DNA from: a virus
Virus record (IMG/VR): IMGVR_UViG_3300008952_000005
Coordinates: 32,001-96,000 of that record
Strand: one strand, 5' to 3'
DNA: 64,000 nucleotides
How positions within the stretch are numbered: position 1 is the first letter of the stretch; the number at the start of each line of letters is the position of its first letter. This document shows, piece after piece, positions 21,091 through 29,527 of the stretch. The position numbers and the translations under genes are program-made. The notes beneath the pieces were generated by a model. The model had not been told where the DNA came from, did not search any database, and worked only from the letters and a program-made list of their open reading frames with translations.

Positions 21091-22944
21091 TTAATAACTG
21101 GAAGTAGTTGTGTATCCCACACCTGCCTCAGCACTTCCTCCTACAAAACTATCGGCAGTAACCGTTATAGTTGAATTTGCAATATCCATTTCAACAATTT
21201 GGTCTCTAACTGGAACAACATCATTAGAACTTGGTGTTACTGTTAATTCAACTACTGTTGAAGTTGTGCCTCTAATATTTGATATACTAGCAATGTTTAA
21301 TGAATTAAGTGTTATTGCACCTGTGCTATAATCAATTGTTCCTTGTGTTGAATTTAAATAAGATTTTACTCCACTTGCTACATAATATAAACGAACATTA
21401 CCTGCGCCGTCATCATCAAAAAAGCATTCGTTATCATTACCATCAATTTTAAATCCAGATGAACTTAATATTCCACCTGTACTTGCCATATGTCCAGAGT
21501 GTGGATTATATAATGCATTTCTAAAATAGATATTATATTTTGAAGATGTTAAAAGTATCGGTTGGAAAACTTTTCTTATTTTAACAGTTGTTATGTTTGA
21601 TAAAATACTATCGTCTGTACCATCAATCAAACCTGTTACCTTTGAATATCTGAATACTGAATCAAACTTTTGTAAGTTTTCTAAATTATAATTTATTAAT
21701 GTATCAATAACATCTGCCTTTATAGTATCAGAAGTTTTTGCTGTTGCCTTTGCGTCATACTTAACATTTGAAGTAATTAATACAGAAGTTGTTTCTGGAT
21801 CTTTTATAATTGGTCTTACTGAAGCAACGTTATAAGGTTTTAATTGAGTTACTATATCTGCTTTTGATGTATCTGATAATACTGTTCCTGATTTTGCTTT
21901 AATAGAAATATTTACAACACCGTAAGTTGGAGTTTCGTCATCTTCACCACCCCACGCACTTACTGATAATGCATTTGGATAAATTGATTTAACTATTGTT
22001 TCATAGTCAGTTGCTGTAACTGCTCTATCTTGAGCGGCATAATTTAATGGTGCATTAAATTTTATTGATTGATTTGATTCTGAAACTGAACCACCTTGTG
22101 AATTTGAATCAGTTGTTATAGTTACGTCTGTATAACCACCAATGTTTCCTGATAAATTAAATTTTGAAGCACCGTTTGATTCTTCTTGATTGGTAACAAT
22201 ATATTCTAAAATAATTATATTACCATCATCTAATTTCTTACCTGTTACACCATCACCAAAATAAATTTCAAACTGACCATCTTGACTCTCTTGTATAAAA
22301 TAAACTTTTGAAGAACTTGATACATTATTATAACCACCAGCTAAAGTAAAAACACTTTGTGTTGTATCTGTATTACTATTTTGAACTGTAACTTTTAAAG
22401 TTGAAGTATCTGCACTAATAGATGGTATCAAAAATCTTTGGTCACTATCAGTTGCGTCAGCTGTATATTTAAATGTAACCAATGTTCCTTCATAAAGAGT
22501 TACATTTTCAAATGTATAAACTCCATTTACTGGTGCAATTGTTATATCTGAATTAGTTGTATATTGATAATCTATTTTATCAACTGTAGTTGTGAAAACT
22601 GTTCCCTTCTGCATTGTAACTGAGGAACCTATTGCGCCATTAACAAGAATATCAATAGACGCTCTTGGTGCTCTCGGAGATGATGGAGTATAACCTAACA
22701 TCTTCGCAATTGATACAATATTATTTCTAATATCAGCACTATCCAAATACATTTCATTAGTTGACATATTAGCAATATATGACAAATAGTGAGTGTTGTA
22801 AGATAGTAAATCTATTAGAATAGATAAACCAGAACCTTCAAAATCAAAATCTTGAAATTGTGTTTGACTTTGTAAAAAAGTTTTTAAATTTACTTTAATT
22901 TTATCAAAATCTAATTCTGATACATTTAATTTATGTTGCGACAT
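21091..22944 (-). CDS. gp6: Baseplate wedge subunit gp6
   Basis: ELDFDKIK.NLK.FL..Q..F.DFDFEGSGLS.L.DLL.YNTHY, Q.RAVT..DY. Confidence 0.92.
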   Translation of the reverse strand: MSQHKLNVSELDFDKIKVNLKTFLQSQTQFQDFDFEGSGLSILIDLLSYNTHYLSYIANMSTNEMYLDSADIRNNIVSIAKMLGYTPSSPRAPRASIDILVNGAIGSSVTMQKGTVFTTTVDKIDYQYTTNSDITIAPVNGVYTFENVTLYEGTLVTFKYTADATDSDQRFLIPSISADTSTLKVTVQNSNTDTTQSVFTLAGGYNNVSSSSKVYFIQESQDGQFEIYFGDGVTGKKLDDGNIIILEYIVTNQEESNGASKFNLSGNIGGYTDVTITTDSNSQGGSVSESNQSIKFNAPLNYAAQDRAVTATDYETIVKSIYPNALSVSAWGGEDDETPTYGVVNISIKAKSGTVLSDTSKADIVTQLKPYNVASVRPIIKDPETTSVLITSNVKYDAKATAKTSDTIKADVIDTLINYNLENLQKFDSVFRYSKVTGLIDGTDDSILSNITTVKIRKVFQPILLTSSKYNIYFRNALYNPHSGHMASTGGILSSSGFKIDGNDNECFFDDDGAGNVRLYYVASGVKSYLNSTQGTIDYSTGAITLNSLNIASISNIRGTTSTVVELTVTPSSNDVVPVRDQIVEMDIANSTITVTADSFVGGSAEAGVGYTTTSSY

Positions 22945-22947
22945 TTA

Positions 22948-23430
22948 TTATCTTAACCTTTGTAATTCTACCGACATTGATTGTGGACCTGGCACTCCAA
23001 TAATATAAAAATGTATTTCAACTACTAATCTATTACTATCAACATCATCACCAAATGGACTGTTAGTTACAAAATTATTATCATTAATAACGATAGATGT
23101 TATACTTATTCTTGGTTCGTGATTTTGTAAAACTTCTTCTATTTTTCTTTTTAAAAATATAGAAGTCATTGGTGTATAATTTTCAAAAAGAAGTTGTCTT
23201 ACACCACACCCCAATTCTGGATGAAAAGGTCTCTCATAGTAATTTGTTAATATCAAATTTCTTACAGACCTCTTTATAGCATTAGCATCCTCAAGTGTAC
23301 CAATATCGTTGGTAATTGGATGCCTAGTAAAATTTAAATCTATATCTTTAAACTTCCTAGATTGCCTCGTACTAGAGCTTTTTACCTCACTAGTATAATC
23401 TGATTTAAATTTCTGATTTTGTTGTCCCAT
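22948..23430 (-). CDS. gp25: Baseplate wedge subunit gp25
   Basis: FKDIDLNF..HP, AIKRSVRNLILT..YERPF.P..G, HEPR. Confidence 0.9.
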   Translation of the reverse strand: MGQQNQKFKSDYTSEVKSSSTRQSRKFKDIDLNFTRHPITNDIGTLEDANAIKRSVRNLILTNYYERPFHPELGCGVRQLLFENYTPMTSIFLKRKIEEVLQNHEPRISITSIVINDNNFVTNSPFGDDVDSNRLVVEIHFYIIGVPGPQSMSVELQRLR

Positions 23431-23438
23431 ACTGTATA

Positions 23439-23446
23439 TATTTATA
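23439..23446 (-). promoter_or_regulatory. T4-type late promoter inside an 8-bp inverted repeat
   Basis: ACTGTATA-AATA-TATACAGT (23431-23450) directly before the gp25 ATG. Confidence 0.7.
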
Positions 23447-23450
23447 CAGT

Positions 23451-23753
23451 TTATCCCGCTCTTACGTTAGATGAACCTTGATACATTGCTCCAAAATCAA
23501 AAGAATCTCCAATTCTTGCTACACCCTTACCTTCAGCACGAACTGTTGTTGACGCCATATTAACTTTAGCTCCACCGTGTGGGACACAATAAATACCTAC
23601 AAGCCACGTATGTGGTAAAGCAGGATCATTAAGTCTAACAATTGGTATACCATTTGCTTTAACTGTAAATTGTGTTGCTTTAACTCCTATAACTGCTGTA
23701 CAAGGATGTCCTGTTGTACCTAAATCTATTGTATCCCTACAAATTTTTGGCAT
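23451..23753 (-). CDS. gp5.4: PAAR spike-tip protein (gp5.4-like)
   Basis: D..TTGH.C, V..NG.P..R..D...PH, V..EG..VARIGD; His/Cys metal ligands. Confidence 0.8.
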   Translation of the reverse strand: MPKICRDTIDLGTTGHPCTAVIGVKATQFTVKANGIPIVRLNDPALPHTWLVGIYCVPHGGAKVNMASTTVRAEGKGVARIGDSFDFGAMYQGSSNVRAG

Positions 23754-23757
23754 TACT

Positions 23758-23862
23758 TTATGCTAATATCCAAATGGCTACTATAACTATTAATACCCAA
23801 TTAGGTACTGAACTTTTAGTAAACCATTCTTTTACTTTTTTCGTGTCTATTGGTTCTATCAT
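23758..23862 (-). CDS. Small single-TM protein (34 aa, not in ORF track)
   Basis: MIEPIDTKKVKEWFTKSSVPNWVLIVIVAIWILA*; ATGA overlap with the rplL stop. Confidence 0.6.
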   Translation of the reverse strand: MIEPIDTKKVKEWFTKSSVPNWVLIVIVAIWILA

Positions 23863-24221
23863 TTTACCTCTATTTTTCCTCCAGCAGACTCAATGTCTGC
23901 TTTTATTTTATCTACTTCTTCTTTTTGTTGGTCTTCTGCAATTACAGAAGGGACTCCTTCAACAAAATTCTTTGCTTCTAGTAATCCCATATCTTTAAAT
24001 GCTCTAATTGCTTTAATTACACTAATTTTTTTATCAGGATCAAAACCTGTTAGTGTAATTTTGAATAAAGACTCTTCTTTTTCTTCTACTACTGCCGCTG
24101 GTGTACTCATTATAGCATTTAAATCTAAACCCCAAGTCTTTTCAAGTTTTTTTGCTAATTCACCCGCTTCAATAACTGTTAATTTTCCCAATTGTTCTAC
24201 TAACGTATCAATATTACTCAT
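23859..24221 (-). CDS. rplL: 50S ribosomal protein bL12 (L7/L12)
   Basis: NTD LVEQLGKLTVIEAGELAKKLEKTWG; CTD F.ITL.....KKISVIKAIR...MGLLEAKNFVEG.P.....KEE...IK..IESAGGKIEVK. Confidence 0.93.
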   Translation of the reverse strand: MSNIDTLVEQLGKLTVIEAGELAKKLEKTWGLDLNAIMSTPAAVVEEKEESLFKITLTGFDPDKKISVIKAIRAFKDMGLLEAKNFVEGVPSVIAEDQQKEEVDKIKADIESAGGKIEVK

Positions 24222-24224
24222 AAT

Positions 24225-24431
24225 TTACTTTCCTAACTTGTCTTTTCTACCAATAGGTAGTTTTTGCCACTTGGTCATCTCTTGACCTTTCTTACTTATC
24301 CACTCAATAAAGATTAATGGCGTTTTTACTTTATTTTGGAAAGATTTAACTGCCTTTTTCCAACTCGTAGCAGATATTTCTTGATTTATTTCTTTATTAT
24401 CTGTAAATTTAAACTTTTTTTCTTTTGACAT
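24225..24431 (-). CDS. Small hypothetical protein
   Basis: MSKEKKFKF...; likely start 24431. Confidence 0.6.
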   Translation of the reverse strand: MSKEKKFKFTDNKEINQEISATSWKKAVKSFQNKVKTPLIFIEWISKKGQEMTKWQKLPIGRKDKLGK

Positions 24432-24570
24432 TCTGTTTATTCCTTTTCGCACTACATTTTTTATCATCACATCTACAATATTTACAGATTTCCAATTTTC
24501 TTGCTTCCATCATTTCGTACTTTGGCTTTCCGCAATGGGATTCTCTCCCACAATTGTTGCAATAAGTCAT
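24409..24570 (-). CDS. Small Cys-rich (zinc-finger-like) protein (53 aa, not in ORF track)
   Basis: MTYCNNCGRESHCG...ICKYCRCDDKKC; immediately downstream of a late promoter. Confidence 0.6.
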   Translation of the reverse strand: MTYCNNCGRESHCGKPKYEMMEARKLEICKYCRCDDKKCSAKRNKQNVKRKKV

Positions 24571-24577
24571 AATATAG

Positions 24578-24585
24578 TATTTATA
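24578..24585 (-). promoter_or_regulatory. T4-type late promoter TATAAATA
   Basis: Exact consensus heading the Cys-rich ORF / rplL / PAAR run. Confidence 0.75.
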
Positions 24586-24741
24586 CTAAAAATTACAAAG
24601 ATAAATTGCTTCCCGATTCGGAAATTTGTCTATATCATAGGAAAATCTGCAATTATGAACGTTTCCACAAGAAACTAGAACAAAAAGCGAACACATAACT
24701 AAAAAAACCTTGATTTTTCTCATTTTTTTTAAATTTTTCCC

Positions 24742-24770
24742 TTGACTTTCCTAAATTTTTAGTGTATATT
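24742..24770 (+). promoter_or_regulatory. Sigma70-type promoter
   Basis: TTGACT-17 bp-TATATT, then AAAGGAGA SD before ATG 24799. Confidence 0.75.
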
Positions 24771-24798
24771 TAACGTATAAGTTGAAAAGGAGAACATT

Positions 24799-25005
24799 AT
24801 GAAAAAAATACTTGAATATTTAACAATTATTTTATCAATAGGAGGAACTTTCTGTCTAATCGGCGCTGTCGGCGCAATTGACGGCGGTTATAACGGAATT
24901 CCTATGAACGATAATTGGTTTTTATGTGGTACTTTGTCATTGTTAGGAATTGCTATGTTTATTTTAGCATTATACTCGCAAACGTTGTATTCTGAACAAG
25001 ACTAA
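24799..25005 (+). CDS. Small two-TM membrane protein
   Basis: Two hydrophobic segments, own promoter and strong SD. Confidence 0.75.
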   Translation: MKKILEYLTIILSIGGTFCLIGAVGAIDGGYNGIPMNDNWFLCGTLSLLGIAMFILALYSQTLYSEQD

Positions 25006-25880
25006 TTACTAGATTTTAATAAATAGCCTATCTCTAATCCTAGCTCATCTGCTTTATCAATAGTTTTAGATGATTTTGAATAGAATCTATCTTTACCATC
25101 TGGTGAAAATAGTTCTGCTTCAAGATTTATCGTATTACCATCAATATTTGCAAATACACCTACCGCTGTATCACAATCTCCTTCTATAATCTTAAGCACG
25201 TTCCTTTCTGCCTTAACACAATTGTGTGTTTCTGTATGATTAACACTTTCTAATAACTCAATTATCTCTTCATCATTATCTCTACATTGTAAAGCAATAA
25301 CTCCTTGACCAGCACAAGGTATCATTTCACTAGTAGAAAACGTTTGAGAAATCTTGTTCTCTAAACCTAATGATTGAATTCCTGCATAAGACAAAATTAT
25401 AGCGTCAAATAAACCATCATTTAGTTTTTTAATTCGTGTATCAACGTTTCCTCTTATTAACTTATAATTAAGGTCTTCTCTTATTCTTTTTAATTGGAAT
25501 TCTCTTCTAAATGAAGAAGTACCTATAATTGAATTTGGAGCTAAATCTTTTAAGTGTTTATTATCTCTACTAATTAAAATTTCTCTTGGATCGTTTCTTT
25601 CTAAAAAACAGTTTGTTAATAAACCTTCTGTTTCTTCCGTTGGCATATCTTTTAATGCGTGGACGGCTATATCTATTTTTTTACTTAATAATTCTTCTTC
25701 AATCTTTTTAGAAAATAGTCCTTTACCTCCAGCTTCAGAAAGTCTTACATCTTTAAGTTGGTCGCCCTTGGTTTCAATTTCTTTGATAATTACTTCTTTG
25801 TTTAATACTGCTTTAGCTTTTTCAGCATAGATACGTGCTAATTTACTTCCTCTTGATCCTATTATAAGTGATGTCGGCAT
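25002..25880 (-). CDS. hemC: Porphobilinogen deaminase (hydroxymethylbilane synthase)
   Basis: IGSRGSKLA, GGKGLF.K.IE..LL...IDIAVHALKD, GTSS.RR, RGNVDTR..KL, PCAGQG, cofactor Cys in AERNVLKIIEGDC. Confidence 0.96.
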   Translation of the reverse strand: MPTSLIIGSRGSKLARIYAEKAKAVLNKEVIIKEIETKGDQLKDVRLSEAGGKGLFSKKIEEELLSKKIDIAVHALKDMPTEETEGLLTNCFLERNDPREILISRDNKHLKDLAPNSIIGTSSFRREFQLKRIREDLNYKLIRGNVDTRIKKLNDGLFDAIILSYAGIQSLGLENKISQTFSTSEMIPCAGQGVIALQCRDNDEEIIELLESVNHTETHNCVKAERNVLKIIEGDCDTAVGVFANIDGNTINLEAELFSPDGKDRFYSKSSKTIDKADELGLEIGYLLKSSN

Positions 25881-26656
25881 AATCGTCTTGCACCATAAGT
25901 TATCATATAACAAGCACCTGCTCTTTTGAATATGTGATATGTTTCTTCTAAACTACCAGGCGCACCAATACCTAACCATTCTCCAGATGTTTGATATACA
26001 CCTACAGGTTTCTTTGTAATATTTCTTATTGGTTCAATTAAGTCTAAACTTGTCATACCAGGTTTTACCATTAATTCATCTGCGCCATCATCTGAATATT
26101 TTATAGACCTTGCAATTGCCTTATGTCTATCGCTAACATCTAATTGATAGGGTCTATGAATACCTTTTGGTATCTTCATTACATCACGCCAACCTCTATA
26201 AAATGTTGAACGAAATTTTGTACTATAACTCATTACAGGTATCTGACCATTATTAATTGATTTAATATTCTTAACTGTATTGTCTTGACAATCACTTGGC
26301 GCTACTGTAGCACCTGACGCTGTGTAAATCTCTACGGCTGATTGTAGTAATAGGTCATCTGTTTTTTCTTGGTCTCCTGTTACACAACAATGTCCGTCTT
26401 GCGTGTAAGAACATAAACATACATCAACATTTAATTTTATAGGTAACGTTGAAAGACTAGCGGCAGTTAAACAAACTTCCTCAAAGTTAAATAACTTTAA
26501 TTCAGGTATGTAAAATAAAAGAAATTCTTTTACTCCTAAATCAATATCTTTCTTAACACGTTCTTTAACTTCTTTTGCATTAAAGATTTTATTATCTTCT
26601 CCTAGTCCAGTTTCTCTTGTAGTATTACTGGCGAATATCGGTTGTATTAATCTCAT
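25862..26656 (-). CDS. hemB: Porphobilinogen synthase (ALA dehydratase), compact Zn-type
   Basis: DVCLCSYTQDGHC Zn triad, APSDCQD, MSYSTKF (Lys1), YQLD, DGADELMVKPG (Lys2), YQTSGE, FKRAGA. Confidence 0.93.
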   Translation of the reverse strand: MRLIQPIFASNTTRETGLGEDNKIFNAKEVKERVKKDIDLGVKEFLLFYIPELKLFNFEEVCLTAASLSTLPIKLNVDVCLCSYTQDGHCCVTGDQEKTDDLLLQSAVEIYTASGATVAPSDCQDNTVKNIKSINNGQIPVMSYSTKFRSTFYRGWRDVMKIPKGIHRPYQLDVSDRHKAIARSIKYSDDGADELMVKPGMTSLDLIEPIRNITKKPVGVYQTSGEWLGIGAPGSLEETYHIFKRAGACYMITYGARRLCRHHL

Positions 26657-26660
26657 TATA

Positions 26661-27440
26661 TTATTCTTCCCATATCGCACCTGGTGGCATAGACATTAAT
26701 ATTGCTTCAGGATTTCCTCCACTTCTCAATCCAAACTTTGTTCCTCTATCATACATTAAATTAAATTCAACGTATCGTCCACGTTTTAATAGTTGTGTGT
26801 ATTTATCTTGCTTCGTATATTTTAAATTCATCTTTGGTGTTATAATCTCTTTAAGTAATTGACAAAAGGTTCTACCAACATCTTTAACAAATTCAAAATG
26901 TTTCTTACCATATTTGTAATCAAAGAAGATACCACCTACACCTCTTGTTTCTTCTCTATGGGGTAAATAAAAATACTCATCACACCATTTCTTATATGTT
27001 TTGTAATAAAGTTTATTATGTCTATCACATAATTGTTTTAATCTGTAATGCCATAAATTTCTTTCTACATCATCTTTCAAACACGGTGTCATATCTGTAC
27101 CACCACCAAACCAACTTTTTTCTGTTTCAATATATCTTGTATTAAAATGTATTGCAGGTACTTTAGGATTCTTTGGATGTAATACTACTGATACTCCTGT
27201 TGACCAGAAGTTTCTACTATGTTTTGTACCAGGGATTTCTTTTGCAAAGTCTTTTGGAAACTTACCTACAACATTACTAAAGGTGACACCTCCCTTTTCA
27301 ATCACATCACCTTTAATTGTTTTAAAGTTACCAAATTTCCATTTGTTATCTTTAAATTTTGCTTTAGTTTCTAACTCTTCAATAGTCTGACAAATTAACT
27401 TTTGCAACTCCATAAACCATTGCAACGCTTCTTGTTTCAT
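26661..27440 (-). CDS. hemF: Oxygen-dependent coproporphyrinogen III oxidase
   Basis: EKGGV.FS.V.G, F.STGVSVVLHP.NP.VP.IHFNTRY, WFGGGTDMTP, RGVGGIFFD, RGRYVEFNL.YDRGT.FGL. Confidence 0.96.
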   Translation of the reverse strand: MKQEALQWFMELQKLICQTIEELETKAKFKDNKWKFGNFKTIKGDVIEKGGVTFSNVVGKFPKDFAKEIPGTKHSRNFWSTGVSVVLHPKNPKVPAIHFNTRYIETEKSWFGGGTDMTPCLKDDVERNLWHYRLKQLCDRHNKLYYKTYKKWCDEYFYLPHREETRGVGGIFFDYKYGKKHFEFVKDVGRTFCQLLKEIITPKMNLKYTKQDKYTQLLKRGRYVEFNLMYDRGTKFGLRSGGNPEAILMSMPPGAIWEE

Positions 27441-28222
27441 TACTTTATTTCAGCGGCTATTCTTGAAGCAAAGCTACTTTCTTCTTTTTTTAATTTTACT
27501 TCTTCAAGTGTCTTTGATTCAGCTTTAGGATGATTAAAGTATAAATTGCCTGATACACTTATTCTTGTTCCTTTTGTTTTAAAAGGAATTACTTGATGTC
27601 TTAATTGTGCTGGAAATATCCACATACCACCCATTTGAGGATTATAACCATATGAGTGTTCTGCCCAAGTTGGATTAGCTTGTTCACCATAATGAAACGT
27701 AACACCACCTGGACCAAAACTCTTGCCTTTATAATTTTTTCTTTCTTCTGTTAAGTCTGGCGTATTTAAAAAGATAACCCAAGATAACATTCCATCGTGT
27801 GTATGTTCAGGATTAGCTTCGTTCTCTTTCATATAATTAATCCATAAGTTCATAAGTGTAAATTTTGTTGAAAATCGGTCTTCTGTAAAAGGTTGTCCAA
27901 TATAGTTCGCTGACGCTTTAACGTAATCATTAATGTATCGTTGAAACTCTTTTATAAACCATTTTTTATCTTCTAAACCAAAACCTCGTTGGTCTTCTAT
28001 TATCCCTGCTAAGTTTTCATTGACTGAACCTGGTATTAGTTTTTGTCCTCTTTCAGTAAGTCCTTCTAATAACTCTTGATGAACATAATACATTGCCACA
28101 TAAGGACCAAAATTTAAATTACCACCCCTTTGTTCGTCTTCAACAGGTTGCATAAACTCTTTATGTTTACGGTGATTTAAAAAATGTGGATTAAATTTAT
28201 CGTTATTATCTGTCATATCCAA
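27440..28222 (-). CDS. 2OG-Fe(II) oxygenase-like protein
   Basis: LWINY....E.NPEHTHDG.LSWV, IFPAQLRH.V.PF, RISVSGN. Confidence 0.8.
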   Translation of the reverse strand: MDMTDNNDKFNPHFLNHRKHKEFMQPVEDEQRGGNLNFGPYVAMYYVHQELLEGLTERGQKLIPGSVNENLAGIIEDQRGFGLEDKKWFIKEFQRYINDYVKASANYIGQPFTEDRFSTKFTLMNLWINYMKENEANPEHTHDGMLSWVIFLNTPDLTEERKNYKGKSFGPGGVTFHYGEQANPTWAEHSYGYNPQMGGMWIFPAQLRHQVIPFKTKGTRISVSGNLYFNHPKAESKTLEEVKLKKEESSFASRIAAEIK

Positions 28223-28398
28223 TAATCATATTCATTTGGTTTAGGTTTGTATCCGTCATTATCAAAATGTTTATCTGCCCATATTGAAAAACATAAGACA
28301 ATCATTGCAAATCCAATTATCAACCAAAGACCCTTTCCTTCTTCCCAATTTGTTAATAAGTACCATAGTACTTGTAGTCCATTCATTTCATCATACAT
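28213..28398 (-). CDS. Small membrane protein
   Basis: 61 aa with one TM helix, coupled to neighbours. Confidence 0.6.
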   Translation of the reverse strand: MYDEMNGLQVLWYLLTNWEEGKGLWLIIGFAMIVLCFSIWADKHFDNDGYKPKPNEYDYWI

Positions 28399-28400
28399 AG

Positions 28401-28883
28401 TTATTCTTTCCTTATTTTATCCATTTTTTGTAAAACTGCTTCTTGTTGTCTTTCATTATAAAACCTTTTATGTTCTTCTTCTGTAATCGTTGCTTTTCGT
28501 CCATCACGTACTATTATCTTTAGTTCTGTATCTGTTAAATATATTACTGGTGAGATATAATATATGCCTTGATAACTATAAGGTTTGTTAACATCTGGAT
28601 CCATAACGTAATCATATTTAGTTTCTTTTTTTGGTATCGTATCATAATGCACTCCTTTATCTATGTTCCAACAATGATGGATGATTGGTGTTGCATTGAT
28701 ACTTTCATTATAATTATCAACCAACCAACCTGTAATAAACTTCGTACCAAAGTTTTTTGCTTCTACGACAGACATAGTAATACACTCACGTCTTTGATAA
28801 TTACTATTCGGTCTATGTTCAACCTTTTCTATGTATTGTGCGTTTGGTCTATACTTTAGAAATTGTTGTGTTGCGTTTTTCAT
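28401..28883 (-). CDS. Hypothetical protein
   Basis: 160-aa ORF in the operon. Confidence 0.65.
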   Translation of the reverse strand: MKNATQQFLKYRPNAQYIEKVEHRPNSNYQRRECITMSVVEAKNFGTKFITGWLVDNYNESINATPIIHHCWNIDKGVHYDTIPKKETKYDYVMDPDVNKPYSYQGIYYISPVIYLTDTELKIIVRDGRKATITEEEHKRFYNERQQEAVLQKMDKIRKE

Positions 28884-29031
28884 ACTGTAGTTTGTCTTTC
28901 AATGCGAGTTTCATTTTCTTTAAGTCTTTCAATTCTCGCCAAGAAGTAAATGACCTATCGTTCTTTCTTACTGCCTCCTGTAGATTTACTTTTCTTTTTA
29001 AGTCTTTGTGATTTGCTTTTAATTCCGCCAT
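28849..29031 (-). CDS. Small coiled-coil protein (DUF465-like)
   Basis: LK..H..L..KV...E.......EL..LKKMKLALKD. Confidence 0.5.
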   Translation of the reverse strand: MAELKANHKDLKRKVNLQEAVRKNDRSFTSWRELKDLKKMKLALKDKLQYEKRNTTISKV

Positions 29032-29392
29032 ATATTGTCCTTTCGTCTATATCGTGTATTCGTGGGTTATATCCTTTCGGCCAATTCAGATTGAGTGTTA
29101 AAGTAGAATCATCTTGACATATTATTCTTATTTGGTGTCCTGTGGGTGTTGAGTTATCCCAATAACGTTCATAGTTATTTAAGTTAATGACTTGATGTTT
29201 TTTCTTCTTTGATTTTTTCTTGACTGAATCAAACATACCCGAGTTGGGTGTGTTGTTTGCGATATCATCTAAAAATTTGGAATCTTTAGGACTTGCGTTA
29301 AAGTCATACGTAGCAGGATAGATACCTGCGTCTTGTTCTTGCGCTATTTTTTGTGCAAAGGTCTCCATAATATTAACATTACTTTTATTCAT
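28955..29392 (-). CDS. Hypothetical protein
   Basis: 145-aa ORF with AGGA SD, directly after a late promoter. Confidence 0.6.
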   Translation of the reverse strand: MNKSNVNIMETFAQKIAQEQDAGIYPATYDFNASPKDSKFLDDIANNTPNSGMFDSVKKKSKKKKHQVINLNNYERYWDNSTPTGHQIRIICQDDSTLTLNLNWPKGYNPRIHDIDERTIYGGIKSKSQRLKKKSKSTGGSKKER

Positions 29393-29411
29393 ACATAATC
29401 TCCTATAATAC

Positions 29412-29419
29412 TATTTATA
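29412..29419 (-). promoter_or_regulatory. T4-type late promoter TATAAATA
   Basis: Exact consensus heading the run that ends in hemF-hemB-hemC. Confidence 0.7.
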
Positions 29420-29478
29420 AGACCTGCGCCCACGCTTAGAGGTACTACGATTGATTCAGATTCGCAAAAATTTCAGAC

Positions 29479-29507
29479 TTGACATTACCAGCCAAACCTG
29501 ATAAACT
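29479..29507 (+). promoter_or_regulatory. Sigma70-type promoter (extended -10), followed by TATAAATA at 29510-29517
   Basis: TTGACA-17 bp-TAAACT with TGn. Confidence 0.7.
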
Positions 29508-29527
29508 CTTATAAATATAACTTTAGA

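Noticed and set aside
6028-23331. Numerous 60-130 aa + strand ORFs within tail/baseplate genes
   Set aside because: Antisense shadows of long minus-strand structural genes with no independent signals
27440-29392. hemD/hemE/hemA among the ORFs upstream of hemF
   Set aside because: None shows UROD (RQAGRY), ALA-synthase or HemD motifs; they are an oxygenase and hypotheticals
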